42,370 nucleotides of DNA, from NCBI GenBank assembly GCA_051453625.1, contig JBOZIK010000001.1, positions 11,637,181 to 11,679,550 on the forward strand, given 5' to 3'. This document shows positions 1-11,203 of the stretch, piece after piece (within the stretch, counting starts at the first letter, position 1; each line of letters begins with the position of its first letter). The notes under the pieces were generated by a model. It did no database searches and was not told the origin of the DNA. It was given only the letters and a program-made list of their open reading frames with translations. This stretch comes from Welwitschia mirabilis (taxonomy: Eukaryota). The translations under genes were made by a program, and so were the position numbers.

Positions 1-830
1 GGCAATATTTAATGAATTTTATGCATTTAATCAAAGGCCAAATAAGTTTGGAGGTAACCAATAATATCCATTATAAAATAATGGATCTTAAACATCATTT
101 CAACCTTCATTTAATAACAAATACAAAATTTATAACTCTTAGCCCAAATTTTCCCAACTATAATAAAAATTATCCTTATAGAAAAATGATGGAAGAACTT
201 AAAAAGAAACAAGATACAACCAATGAAATCTTAAAAAACCATAATAAAAACTTAAAAAATTTGATTGATATCCTTTGAAAAACATGTTAGAAAATCAAAG
301 ACCTCAAGGATTATTTGCCATTCAAACTGTTCCAAACCCAAATGATCTAAAGAATGTTTGAAAAGTAGTAACTGGAAGTGGATATAATACTACTCCTCAT
401 AAAGAAACTTCAACATTTTCCATAAAGAAAAGGAAAAACCTCAAGAAGATGATATTGAAATTATTAATTAACTGAACTATCCTCCTACTCTCAACTCTAA
501 ATCCAATAACAACCACCAACATCCAAAGAAGAAGACTATCCCATGACTAGATAGATTAAATAAAAAGCCAACTTATAATGAGTGTTTAAAAGCAATTATG
601 AATGATGTTACTATTAACATATCCTTTTGGAAAATCCTTCAAGACAATCCCAAGTACAATAAAATTTGGAAGGACTTTGTAAGAATTAAAAAAAAAAAAA
701 AGAAAGTAATTCCAAGTAAAGTATTCATTGCACAATCTCTTTCCAACTTAGTTTCTAAAAAATGTCCTAAGTTTAAAAATCCAAGGCAACCACCATTGGT
801 ATTATTTTAAAAGGAGATAAGAAAATCAAA
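1..830 (+). pseudogene. gag: Decayed gag C-terminus / pre-protease region of element A
   Basis: Fragments read MLENQRPQGLFAIQTVPNP and VTINISFWKILQDNPKYNK...KCPKFKNP, matching the Athila 'PSQT.PNP' and 'P.Y.KF.K...P.K.KDPG' pattern; broken by stops and frameshifts. Confidence 0.7.
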
Positions 831-1180
831 AAAGCTTTGATAGACATAGGATCAAGTACCAATATTATACTTTTTCACATTTATAAAAATCTTGGATTAG
901 AAGGGATAATTAGACCTATCAAAATAGTGTTGGAATTAGCTAATGCATCAATTAAGAAACCTATAAGAATAATTAAAGATTTAGTGATTCAAATTGAGGA
1001 AGCTTTATACCCTATAAATGTGGTCATTATAGAGGTTGAATATGATGGTAGATACTCTCTACTTTTAAGAAAAGCCTTTTGTGTAATAGTCCATTGTGTC
1101 ATTGATACTTGCATGGGAATGATGAAATGTTATATAGGCAAAAAAATGTTTAGTATCAAAGTGTTTAATGCCATTAAAAA
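831..1180 (+). pseudogene. pol: Retropepsin-like aspartic protease of element A
   Basis: ALIDIGSSTNII (D[LI]G[AS]S motif), LELANASIKKP..IIKDLVIQI, YSLLLRKAF (decayed LLGRPF) within ORF 837..1466. Confidence 0.9.
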
Positions 1181-1479
1181 AGACATAGAAGAAAAATTTA
1201 GATCATTCATGTTAGTTCAACATCATCTTTTAGAAGGAAGGCTCCTTTTATTACATAACTCTACCTTGTTGGAGGATGGGGAAGAATATTTTATTATTCT
1301 TAAATATGTAAACTTCTCTAATCCTTGCAACCTCAACCTAGATCTTTTAAACCACTCTTCCAATAATGATTTTTATGAAGACTTTGAAACCATACTTGAT
1401 CATGATATTCAATATGTAAATCCATTAAAAATATTTTACATCAAGATGGGTGTTCTACAACTATAAAGGATGAAAATGA

Positions 1480-1895
1480 TCTTCAACTTAAAGGCTTATC
1501 CAATGGCTTGAAATACAAGTTCTCAAATAACACTTATAATAATACATTAATCATTAGTTCTCAACTTCACCCTTCCCAAGAAAAAGACTTACTTAATCCT
1601 ACCATTAAGCTAATAATCAAGGATAAAATAACTAAGCTTATAGACACAGTTCAATTTGTATTTTTGTATATTACTCGAGTACATCTTATACATAATAAGC
1701 TGACCTTGAAATGGCTTGGTTCTTATCATGTGAAAAGGGTATATTCTAATGATTCTATTGAGATCTTTGACCTTCAAACTCAAGAAATCCAAAGAGTAAA
1801 TGGATAAAGGTTAAAACTTTATACATTTCCAGATGATTATTGTTATACATTGAACATGATAGAAGTAATCAACTTGAAAGATTCTCTTTGCAAAA
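1480..1895 (+). pseudogene. pol: Fused pol remnant: pre-RT linker joined directly to the integrase C-terminal GPY/F region
   Basis: LKGLSNGLKYKF..LIISSQL..QEKDLL|NPTIKLIIKDKITKLID (pre-RT) runs straight into VFLYITRVHLIHNKLTLKWLGSYHVKRVYSNDSIEI..VNG*RLKLY (integrase end). Confidence 0.85.
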
Positions 1896-3382
1896 NNNNN
1901 NNNNNNNNNNNNNNNNNNNNNNNNNNNNNNNNNNNNNNNNNNNNNNNNNNNGAGACTACTTGATCATCTTTAATTTGATTTATATTTGGCTTTCATAGGT
2001 GTTACCATAACTAAGAAATTCTTTACTTCGGGTTTTTATGTGATAAAGATTATATTTATCTAATATTAAGATATTTTAATATCTACAATCAATATCCTTA
2101 GTTATTTAATGGCAGAATGTCAATTATGTTAATCCAATGCTTGCTTTCAGTCATATACTTTATTACCTTATCATTTCAATGATTAATCAATGATACTAAA
2201 AATGGGGAGTCTAAGTTAATGAAAAAGAATAAAAAAATGAAAATCAAAAGGGAAATATGAAGGGGGAAAAGGAGAAAAAATAAAAATAAAAATGGATCAC
2301 CCTCTTGTAATTATACCATGATGTACTACCATAAGCATACTGGGGAAAATTTTTCCTAGAGGAGCATTTGGAAGTGCGATATGATAGCTATGGAAACTCT
2401 ACCAGAAGATTAGTTGATCATGATCTAGCTTTGGCTTGTAGGTCCTTATTCTCTTAGCAGTGGTTGCACTCCTCTTATCATGATGAACGATGTTGTTCAA
2501 CACTCCATTGAATAAAAACTTCAATTACTTCGAGGCATAGACTTTGAGAACATATGAGTATATTGATCATTGAATGATATCTTATCAAAGTACTATGGTT
2601 GTTACAGCTAAAGAGGGATTGAATTATAGTCCAAATATGATTTGATACCTTACTAAATATAACTATTAAATATTGTCATCATCACTACTCTTTTGAATAG
2701 TATGCTATGGTGTTCTACATTGAATCATGCATTTCTATATTAAGTAACTTTATAACCTTTACCAAAAAGTTTTGACAAGTTTGAGTTCTAGACAAAAGTT
2801 AATCTTCTTTATGTTCCATCTTGTCCATTTTCCTTTTTGTTTTATCTTAGTTTATTAGTTTGTCTTTTTAAAGTCATTTTTCTTAACTCTTCCAAAATAA
2901 TGTTCAAGACTTTGTCATTATCTAGTCTACTTATTACATTTTTCATTACTTTATTATTATACATAAAATCAAATTGACCTTTGCCTTGACCATCCTTTTG
3001 CATGATAGTATTGATTCTATTCTTTCCTTTAATAATCTCCTTTTTTATAATCACTTCTGTCACTTAACCTTGTAATCATAAAATCTTATCCTACTTTACC
3101 TTTCCTTCATAACTTATGCAACTTGAGATGACTTACTTATTTAGTTGGGAAAGGAAAGAGGGGGAGGGGGTGGTTGACACCTATATTATATTATTTATAA
3201 GCCAAATTCTTCATCAAACTATGCTATGATGGTTTTATAATATACATTAATTTTACTTATGCCTTTTCATAGATGTATTTCACATGTTGTACTCTTAATT
3301 CTAAATACATCTTTTGAGTTTCTTTTTGTCAGTTGGCTCGCAACTTATTATTCGCTTACTTTGTTAAGAACAGACAAATGCT

Positions 3383-3395
3383 AAGTGGGGGGATA
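3383..3395 (+). promoter_or_regulatory. Polypurine tract of element A
   Basis: aagtggggggata immediately before TGTTA at 3396. Confidence 0.8.
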
Positions 3396-4475
3396 TGTTA
3401 TAATGTTAACTTACCTATTTAATAAACTTTTGGAGTACGTTTTCAAGTCCTATTTATAGGTTTTTCTAAGGATTTATGCAAATTATACAAAGCTTTCATA
3501 TAGGTCAAAAGATGTAATAATTTCCAACACAAGAAGCTATTTTTGAAGGATGATGAACCAAAGCAATTTGGTGAATATATTATGGTCATTCTCCATGTTA
3601 TGTGGACGACAGAGGGGAGAACAGTCAGAAACATAGGGTTATCCTTTGTGTCATGGGAATGACGATTGGGATGATAGTCAACATATTTAACACATGCTAA
3701 GCATTAGTTAGTAGGTGGAGTATCATCCTTTATGTCGTGGGGACGACATGGTGGATGATGATCAAAATAATTTATAAAGTTAATTAAATTGTTATACAAG
3801 GATGGATATAAGTCGTACCTCTTCATTTCACACCCTTAACAACCTATCAAAATCTATAAATAGGCCCTTTTTAGCATCTACATTCTTGTGATGATTGGAA
3901 ATTGTTATAGGTAAGGAGATCCATCTAACTTGTAAGTAGGACCACCTTGATATTAGGCAACGAATCTTCTATTGAGGAGTTATTGTCATAAGTGGATGTC
4001 ATTCAATTTCATTAATAAAATTATTGATTGGATCGAAATCTTTTCAAATGTTCTATTGTTAATATTTATAGCTTATCTTAATTTCAATTTAAATGATATG
4101 AATTTGTAATTGAAATAGGTTATAAGGACCAATCTAAGTGATAGTAGATTGGAAGCTTCATTAATTTATTACATTAGAATTGCATTCATTACATTTCATT
4201 TCATTTCATTACATTGCATTACATTAAATATTCATCTTTGTATTGTTTAATTTTATTTCCTATAAAGTGAAATTCCAAAATATGTTATTCTTCTCTTTAT
4301 GAAAGTAATTTTTCATATTCTCTTATAGAATTTATCTCTAAGTGTATGACATTTGGGTTGATCCCACTATAAAAATGTGTATTGTGTGTAATTAGATTAT
4401 CAAATTTTCAAATGTTGCAAGTTAAATTTGGTATTTAGAATATTAGAATTAGAAGCACAAATATGCATTGCAACA
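3396..4475 (+). repeat. 3' LTR of element A (~1.08 kb)
   Basis: Starts TGTTA after the PPT, ends GCAACA where RT sequence begins, contains ctataaatagg (TATA, ~3854) and the U5-like block gacatttgggttga shared with the B/E LTRs. Confidence 0.85.
4183..4227. repeat. Degenerate (CATTN)n pentamer run inside LTR A
   Basis: cattcattacatttcatttcatttcattacattgcattacatta. Confidence 0.75.
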
Positions 4476-5600
4476 TGAGGTCACTAAAAAGGATCATTGC
4501 CTTTTATCCTTTCTTAATTAAGTATTTGATAGAAGCTAAGATTATGCCTATTATTGTTTTTTTGATGGGTATAGTGGTTATAATCAAGTTTGCATAGCAA
4601 GTGAAGACCAAGCCAAAACAACCTTTACCTCACCTTTTAGAATCTTTGCCTTGAAATAAATGCCTTTTGGACTTGACAATGCCACTGGAACTTTTCAACG
4701 AGCGATTATATGGATCTTTTCTAACATAATAGAGGATTTTATTAAAATATTTATGGATGAATTCTATATCTTCAGTGAAAATTTTTAATAAATCATAAAA
4801 AGATTAGAGAAAGTCTTGAATTAATGTATAGAGAGTGACCTACATTTGAGTTGGAAAAGGGGTTTCCTCTTTGTAAATTATGAAATTATTTTAGGTGATC
4901 ATATTTTAAAGGAAGGGATTAAGATGGATCCTACAAAAGTTAATATCATTAAAAACCTTATCCCTCCAACCAATGTTAAAAAAGTTAGATCATTCCTTGA
5001 TTATGCCATTTTTTAATCATCATTTTATTCATGATTATATCAAGATTTATAAGCCACTTTACTCATTACCCAAAAAAGATGCTAAATTTGATTAGACCAA
5101 TTCATGTCAACTTGCATTTGATACACTTAAATAAAACATCTCTTTTGAACCTATTATTATGGGTCCCAATTGGACTAAAGATTTTGAACTCATATGTGAT
5201 GTAAGCAAAATTTCTATGGGTGGGGTTCTTGGTTAAAAATATAAAAATGATTTTAAAATTATATCCTATAGTAGTAAAAGTTTATCTAAAGCCCAATCCA
5301 ACTATACTACTACTAGAGGGGAAATGCTTGCCATTCTTTTTTGCCTCAATCATCTTCAACATTATCTTCTTGGCTTCCACACTAATGTTTACATAGATCA
5401 TGTAGCCATATGCTACCTTATGACTAAAAATGATTTTAGTGCTAGACTTATTAGGTGGATTCTTATTATGCAAGAATTTCATCTCACCATCATCGATAAG
5501 GCTGGAAAACATAATAGCATTGCAGATCATCTATCTCAACTTTTTTATTCTCATGATGAACTTCTCATAACTGACTCTTTTCCAGATAAATAACTATTTG
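4476..5600 (+). pseudogene. pol: Reverse transcriptase and RNase H of element B
   Basis: EVTKKDHCLL.FL, DGYSGYNQV..ASEDQAKTTFT, MPFGLDNATGTFQR, FMDE at ~4750 (YMDD box), FELICDVS, YTTTRGEMLAILF, VYIDHVAI, ARLIRWILIMQEF, NSIADHLS; many stops and frameshifts. Confidence 0.95.
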
Positions 5601-5779
5601 ATATTAAACAACTTTATGCCATCTCTTCCACTCATCCCACTCTTTAGTATGCTAATATTATGACCCATCTTATTAATATCAAAACACCTTGGCATTGAAA
5701 TTATAACCAACGAGAATCTTTTCTCCATAGGATCAATGATTATGAGTGGAATGAACCCCATATTTAGAGAAGATGCAAA

Positions 5780-6890
5780 GGCCAAATCATGCATAAATGT
5801 ATGCCTAAGAAAAGCTTAGAAATCTTTAACCTTTGTCATGGTAAGGTATGCAGGAAGCACTTTTGTGGCTAAAAGACTGCCATGAAATTCTTTACTCTAG
5901 TTTTTATTAGTCTATTCTTTTCAAAAAATCATTTAACTTTGCTAGAACTGTGATGCTTGTCAATATTATGGTAGCCTAACTTATTCTTAAGATATACTCC
6001 TTAGACCTATGCTTAAATGTAAACCTTTTAATTATTATGGAATTAACTTTATAAGCCTTATTAAACCACCTTTTCATGACAAAGATTATATCATAGCGAT
6101 CATAGATTATAGTACTAAGTGGGTCGAAGCTATTCCTACTATCAAGCATGATGTCTGAACCATTTTCATTTTTATTTGAACTCATATCTTTCATCATTTT
6201 GATTTTTTACAAATCATAATTAGCTATCAAGAAACTTATTTTATTAATCACCTTTTTCAAAAACTTCTTTTATCTATTGGCATTGAACACAGAATTGCAT
6301 GTGTTTATCATCTTCAAACTAATGTCCACGCTGAAAATGCAAATAGAGAAATTAAAAAGATTCTCTAAAAATTAATCATAGTTAATAAGAAAACTTAGTT
6401 CTTTAAACTTAATGATGTCCTTTGATCTTACCATACTACATGATACAACTCTCTAGGTTTCTTACCATATGAACTTGTATATGGAAAGGTTTGTGTCTTA
6501 CTAGTTGATGTTTGCTATAACTCTTATTGATTCACCCATCAACTTAATCTTATAAATTTGGATGAAAATCTTAAAAACTTGATTAGCCCAAATTGACCAT
6601 TTAGTTGAAAAATGTACTTGTGCCATACATTATTAATTTGAACCTAGTTAACTTGTTCTTTTATATAATACGTGAGTACATCTTTTACACAACAAGTTAA
6701 TATCTAAATGGGTAGGTCCTTATCTTATAGAAAAAGTACATTCTAATGGCTTAGTTGAAATCTTTGATTCAAACACTAGGGAAATTAAACTAGTTAATGG
6801 ATAAAGGTTAAAAATTTATGAGACATCTATTGATGAAACCTTAAACATGATAAAAGCACTTATCTTGGAAGCCCCTCTTAATAAGGAGGA
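5780..6890 (+). pseudogene. pol: Integrase of element B
   Basis: CH...KHF and CDACQ zinc finger, TKWVEAI, YHLQTNVHAENANREIKK, PYELVYGKVCVLLV, SKWVGPYL, VNG*RLKIY. Confidence 0.93.
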
Positions 6891-8911
6891 CCTTCCTCTT
6901 ATCATTATCTAGATTCCTTCTTAACTCATTTCTTGGGTAGACATCATGCTATTATCTAAATATATTTAACTTAACTTATGTATTACTTTATGAAGTCATC
7001 ATAATTAGGAATCTTTTACTTGGGCATTTTCAGATGATAAGATTGAATTCACCCAATCTTAAGACATGCGTATGTTCATGAACTTCATTAAGAAGGAAGA
7101 TGCATTGGTTCTTTTATTATCTTTTAATGGTATAAGTAATTATTTTTTTTTACATGTTCTTACTTATCCCTTATTTCATTACTTCACTTTTATCCTTATA
7201 AGTACTTGATCATGTGGAATCTTTTCAAGAAAAAAAAAAATAAAGAAAAATAAAAAGAAATATAAAGACCATGCTCTTTCATATCTAAGCTGAAAACATG
7301 GTCACTATGATGTCCTACCACAAGTGCATCGAGGCAAATTTTCCTAAGAAGGGCCTTTGGTAGTGTGATATGGTAGTTGTGAAGATGGGTTCTTACTCCT
7401 CTAATAGTGGTTGCACTTTCCTCATCATGGTAAAATAAGATTTTACTTAGAGGCTATAATATCAGTGATGTCCTTGGTATTATCAGAGGCATTGCTTATT
7501 TTCTAGACTCCTTTTTACATATAGTACTTCCACATGGTCATTTCACTTTGGCAGATTCTAGCATTATTTAATATGTGAGATAGTGAATTCATGTTTCTAA
7601 AGCTTTTTATCTTATCATTCATTGGTTAATATCATTAGACATACTTGACATCATCATAATCATTGCCCATTTGAGTGGTACATTATGAAGTTTTACGTAC
7701 TATTATGCATTTTTCATTAGGTGATTTTATAATTATTATCCAGGGAATTTATTAGGCTAGAATTTAGGGTAAGTAAAAAATCTTATTTATGTTCATATTT
7801 ATCCCTTTTTATTTTTTTAAACTATTTTGTTGGGGTTTTCAAAGTTATTTTCATACTTTTTCAAAATAATATTGTGGATCCGATCATTTAGTAGTTTCTT
7901 ATTACTTTTACTCATAGCTTCTATTCATGAGGATTGTTGTTTCTTTTTTTGATAGGTGAGGATGATACTTTGTTGAGTTTTAATTATTAATTTTCCATGC
8001 TTACTGAGTTCAGACACATTTAAGGAGTTATACTAAGCATTGCTTCCTTCTACTTAGTGCATTTTCTTCTCTTTAGTACCATTTTCCCATAGGTCTCTTT
8101 CTATCATGATCATGTTTTTTAGGATAATTCTTTAATTTTTACCTTATTCTTGATTTTCTGCTACTTTTTAACTGCTTGCTTACTTTCAAGATTTTTTGGT
8201 TTTTTCTATCTTTCTAAACATCTCATTTAATCAGTGTCGTTCCATGTCTGTTGTTCCTACAATAGCCAGGATAACAATCATCCTTTTCACTCTATTGCAA
8301 TCTGGGATGTCTTGCTTCACTTGTGAGGAGGAAAGATACCTCTTTGATCTTCTTTTGAGATATTGAGAAAGAATTTTAAATTTAAAAGGATCATGTTTGA
8401 GATTTCATGATACATATTTATGATGAGTTATTTGGATATGATTTCATATTACTTGAATAAATTTCATGGACTTTGTCTAATGGGAGCATAGTAGCACACA
8501 CATAAAATTTTCCTGTAGCTATGTTTCAGATCCTCTAAAAGAAAAGAATGTTATGGTTACTTTTATACTTTAGCCCTTATGGAATACAGTAATAACTTGT
8601 ATGCATCATTCTTTGAGTTATCACTACTTAAGTTATACACATCAATTTCAGTACCACTATCTTGAATTATGCATACACATTATCATTTTCTGAGCTATCA
8701 TTATTACATTTTATGACTTTTTGTATATGTATGACATTCATTCATTCTATGGTAATGTTTTTAAGTAGGGGGCCATGAATATATCAGTATTTGTATCAAT
8801 TAATTGGTATTTGATGTCTAATTCCTGCATGGTAAAATTAAAGTAAATTATATTTTTTTAGTTACTATGCAGTATAGTTAATTACTCATCTTGTCAGGGA
8901 CTGACAAGGCT

Positions 8912-8924
8912 AAGTAGGAGGCTA
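8912..8924 (+). promoter_or_regulatory. Polypurine tract of element B
   Basis: aagtaggaggcta directly before TGTTG at 8925. Confidence 0.8.
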
Positions 8925-10109
8925 TGTTGTGATACTAATTTGTAAGAATTTGATGGTGTATTTTGAGTAATTTTGTATAACATTTATATAGGTTTGGATG
9001 TAATTCTAATAATTAGAAAGACTAATAGGATCATCACTAAAACATGTGATACATAGCATATTTGGAGGCATGTCAGACTTATTTTAATACTTCATACTTT
9101 GAATGAAGGATTAACCATGTAGAATACTAATTTCTCCTTAAGCTAGAAGATAGAAAGGCTTGTCATCTCCGCTGTCATCTCCATGACAGACAGGATGATA
9201 GTACTACTAATATGGATGGAGTCTACAGAGTTGACTGGGGGGCCTGAAGCTGATGGACCATCTTTTGATGTGGAGTGGCATCCTCATTATCATCTATTTT
9301 CTATGGATAGAAAGAATTACCTTTTTAATGGGATTATGTAACCCATGTGGGTTGCTAGGGTTTTTTCTCTGACTCCTAGGGTTGAGCTTCTTGAACTTTA
9401 ATGTAAAACTATAAATACCATCCCTCTTCTTTAATTTCTTTTTAATATTTTATACTCGATGTTCTTGTAATGGAAGCTTGAAGGATAAAAGATTCATCCA
9501 GTAGCTATAGAGAGAAGTTTACCTTAGTGTTAAGCCGAGTATCCTCTATTGAGGTGCTACTACTTTGTTGTAAATGGATGTAAAAGTTTATAATTAATTT
9601 AATTACTCTTTTTACTACCATTATGTAAATGTTTCTTATGGTTTAAGTTCATTATAGTTTGATGATAATTTTATAGTTTATTTAGATCATAAGGGAAACC
9701 TTTGTGAAGGTAGACTTTGCTAGTTAGATTTTGCATTGCACTTTCTTTATTTCATTGCATATTTACATATTATATTTGGCATATCTTATAGTTTATGTTG
9801 GTTAGGAATAAGTGATAGACTCTTCCCAATTGAACTAAATTATAAAAAAATAGTTCTTGTGATAAGAGATTAAAATCCAAATAGAAATCATTTCACTTGA
9901 CCTTCATTCATCTTGAATTATATTTGCATTATTGTTTACTTTCATTTCCTAAAAAACACTTTATAAAATAAATTTTCTAACCTCTAGCCTAGTATCTTCA
10001 ATGGATTATAACATTTGGGTTAACTCTTGTCTATACTAGTGTGTGTTTTCTATAAGTATCGTGATTTATAGGTTTTGTCTAAGGACTTGCATAAATTCAC
10101 ATTACATCA
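8925..10109 (+). repeat. 3' LTR of element B (~1.19 kb)
   Basis: TGTTG...CATCA termini; aligns end to end with the reverse complement of 37821-39075; TATA ctataaatacc at ~9409. Confidence 0.9.
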
Positions 10110-11203
10110 CTTGAAAAAAGAGTATTCTTATAATTAAGTCAAGTGATCTTAGAATTATAGTTTTTTGTAAGTGATGTCTTATTCTTAGCATTAAAATGAT
10201 CACTCATGCATGTTCTGCTTCTCACGATTGAAAAGAAATTTTTAAGATATGACTATAGGTGGTAATTAAGAAGACTAGATGACATTTGAATATTTCTAGT
10301 CTTCTATATTTTGTTTAGTTTAAAAGTTAAGAATATTGATAGGGCTAATTACTTTTAGATTTATGGGATTATTGATTAAAGTGAAGATATCAATTAAGAA
10401 TTTATTAGCTTTCTTATGATTAATTTGCTATTTCTAAGCTTCTAGTTTTTCATAATATTCTGTATAAATTAGGAAGTATTCATTGTCATTTAGTCAATAG
10501 TTTGAAGGAAACAGATTTTATTTATTATAGTAATTTTAAATAATGGAATGATCATTTTGTACTTACTTCTACCCAATCTCATATTTTTATGCAATTGTAA
10601 TCATTTTGGATAGTTGAACAAGTCCTTGTCAAAGCTATGGATTTCTTAGATTTAATTAATTAGAATAGTTGAGGCATAGTTAATCTCTTAGTTAAAGATA
10701 TTTATCTTATTTATCTAAGGTTATTGACTGACCTGTGATTTTAACAAGATGGAGCCTAGACAATACTATTAATTGGTTAAAAATTTTCAAGAGGATCTAC
10801 AAAGCATTAAATTACATCAAGGTTAAGATTTTAATGTGGTTATTTTCTCGATAGGGTTTGCCTCTCAATGAACATCTATAACACTTATATAATGAGAAGG
10901 TTAAATGTTTATTATGTTAAAGTGTTGAGTCTTCCTAATATTTTTTTGTTTAATTATGTTTAGAATTAAAATTTAGCTTTATTATTTTTAGTACAACATC
11001 AGATACATTGACTTAATTTTCCAAGTGATCTATAGCAAGGTTACAAGTAAAGAAATAGAAAAACTATTAATTTGATTTTTTTAATTTCAATACTTATATG
11101 AGCTTTGGAAGATGAGATGATTCAATCTATTTCAAGATGCAAATGCAAAAATTTAAATATCATCCTCAATTATCTATCTATAATTTGACTTCACCTAATG
11201 GTG

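Larger units (their letters stand above)
1..4475 (+). mobile_element. Element A: Athila-type Ty3/gypsy LTR retrotransposon, 5' part outside the window, pol internally deleted
   Basis: In order: gag C-terminal remnant, protease, integrase tail, long non-coding region, PPT, TG...CA LTR. The sequence switches abruptly to RT coding sequence of element B at 4476. Confidence 0.85.
4476..10109 (+). mobile_element. Element B: Athila-type LTR retrotransposon, 3' portion (RT-RH-INT, ~2 kb non-coding region, 3' LTR)
   Basis: Colinear pol domains, PPT and LTR; homologous throughout to element E on the opposite strand. Confidence 0.92.
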
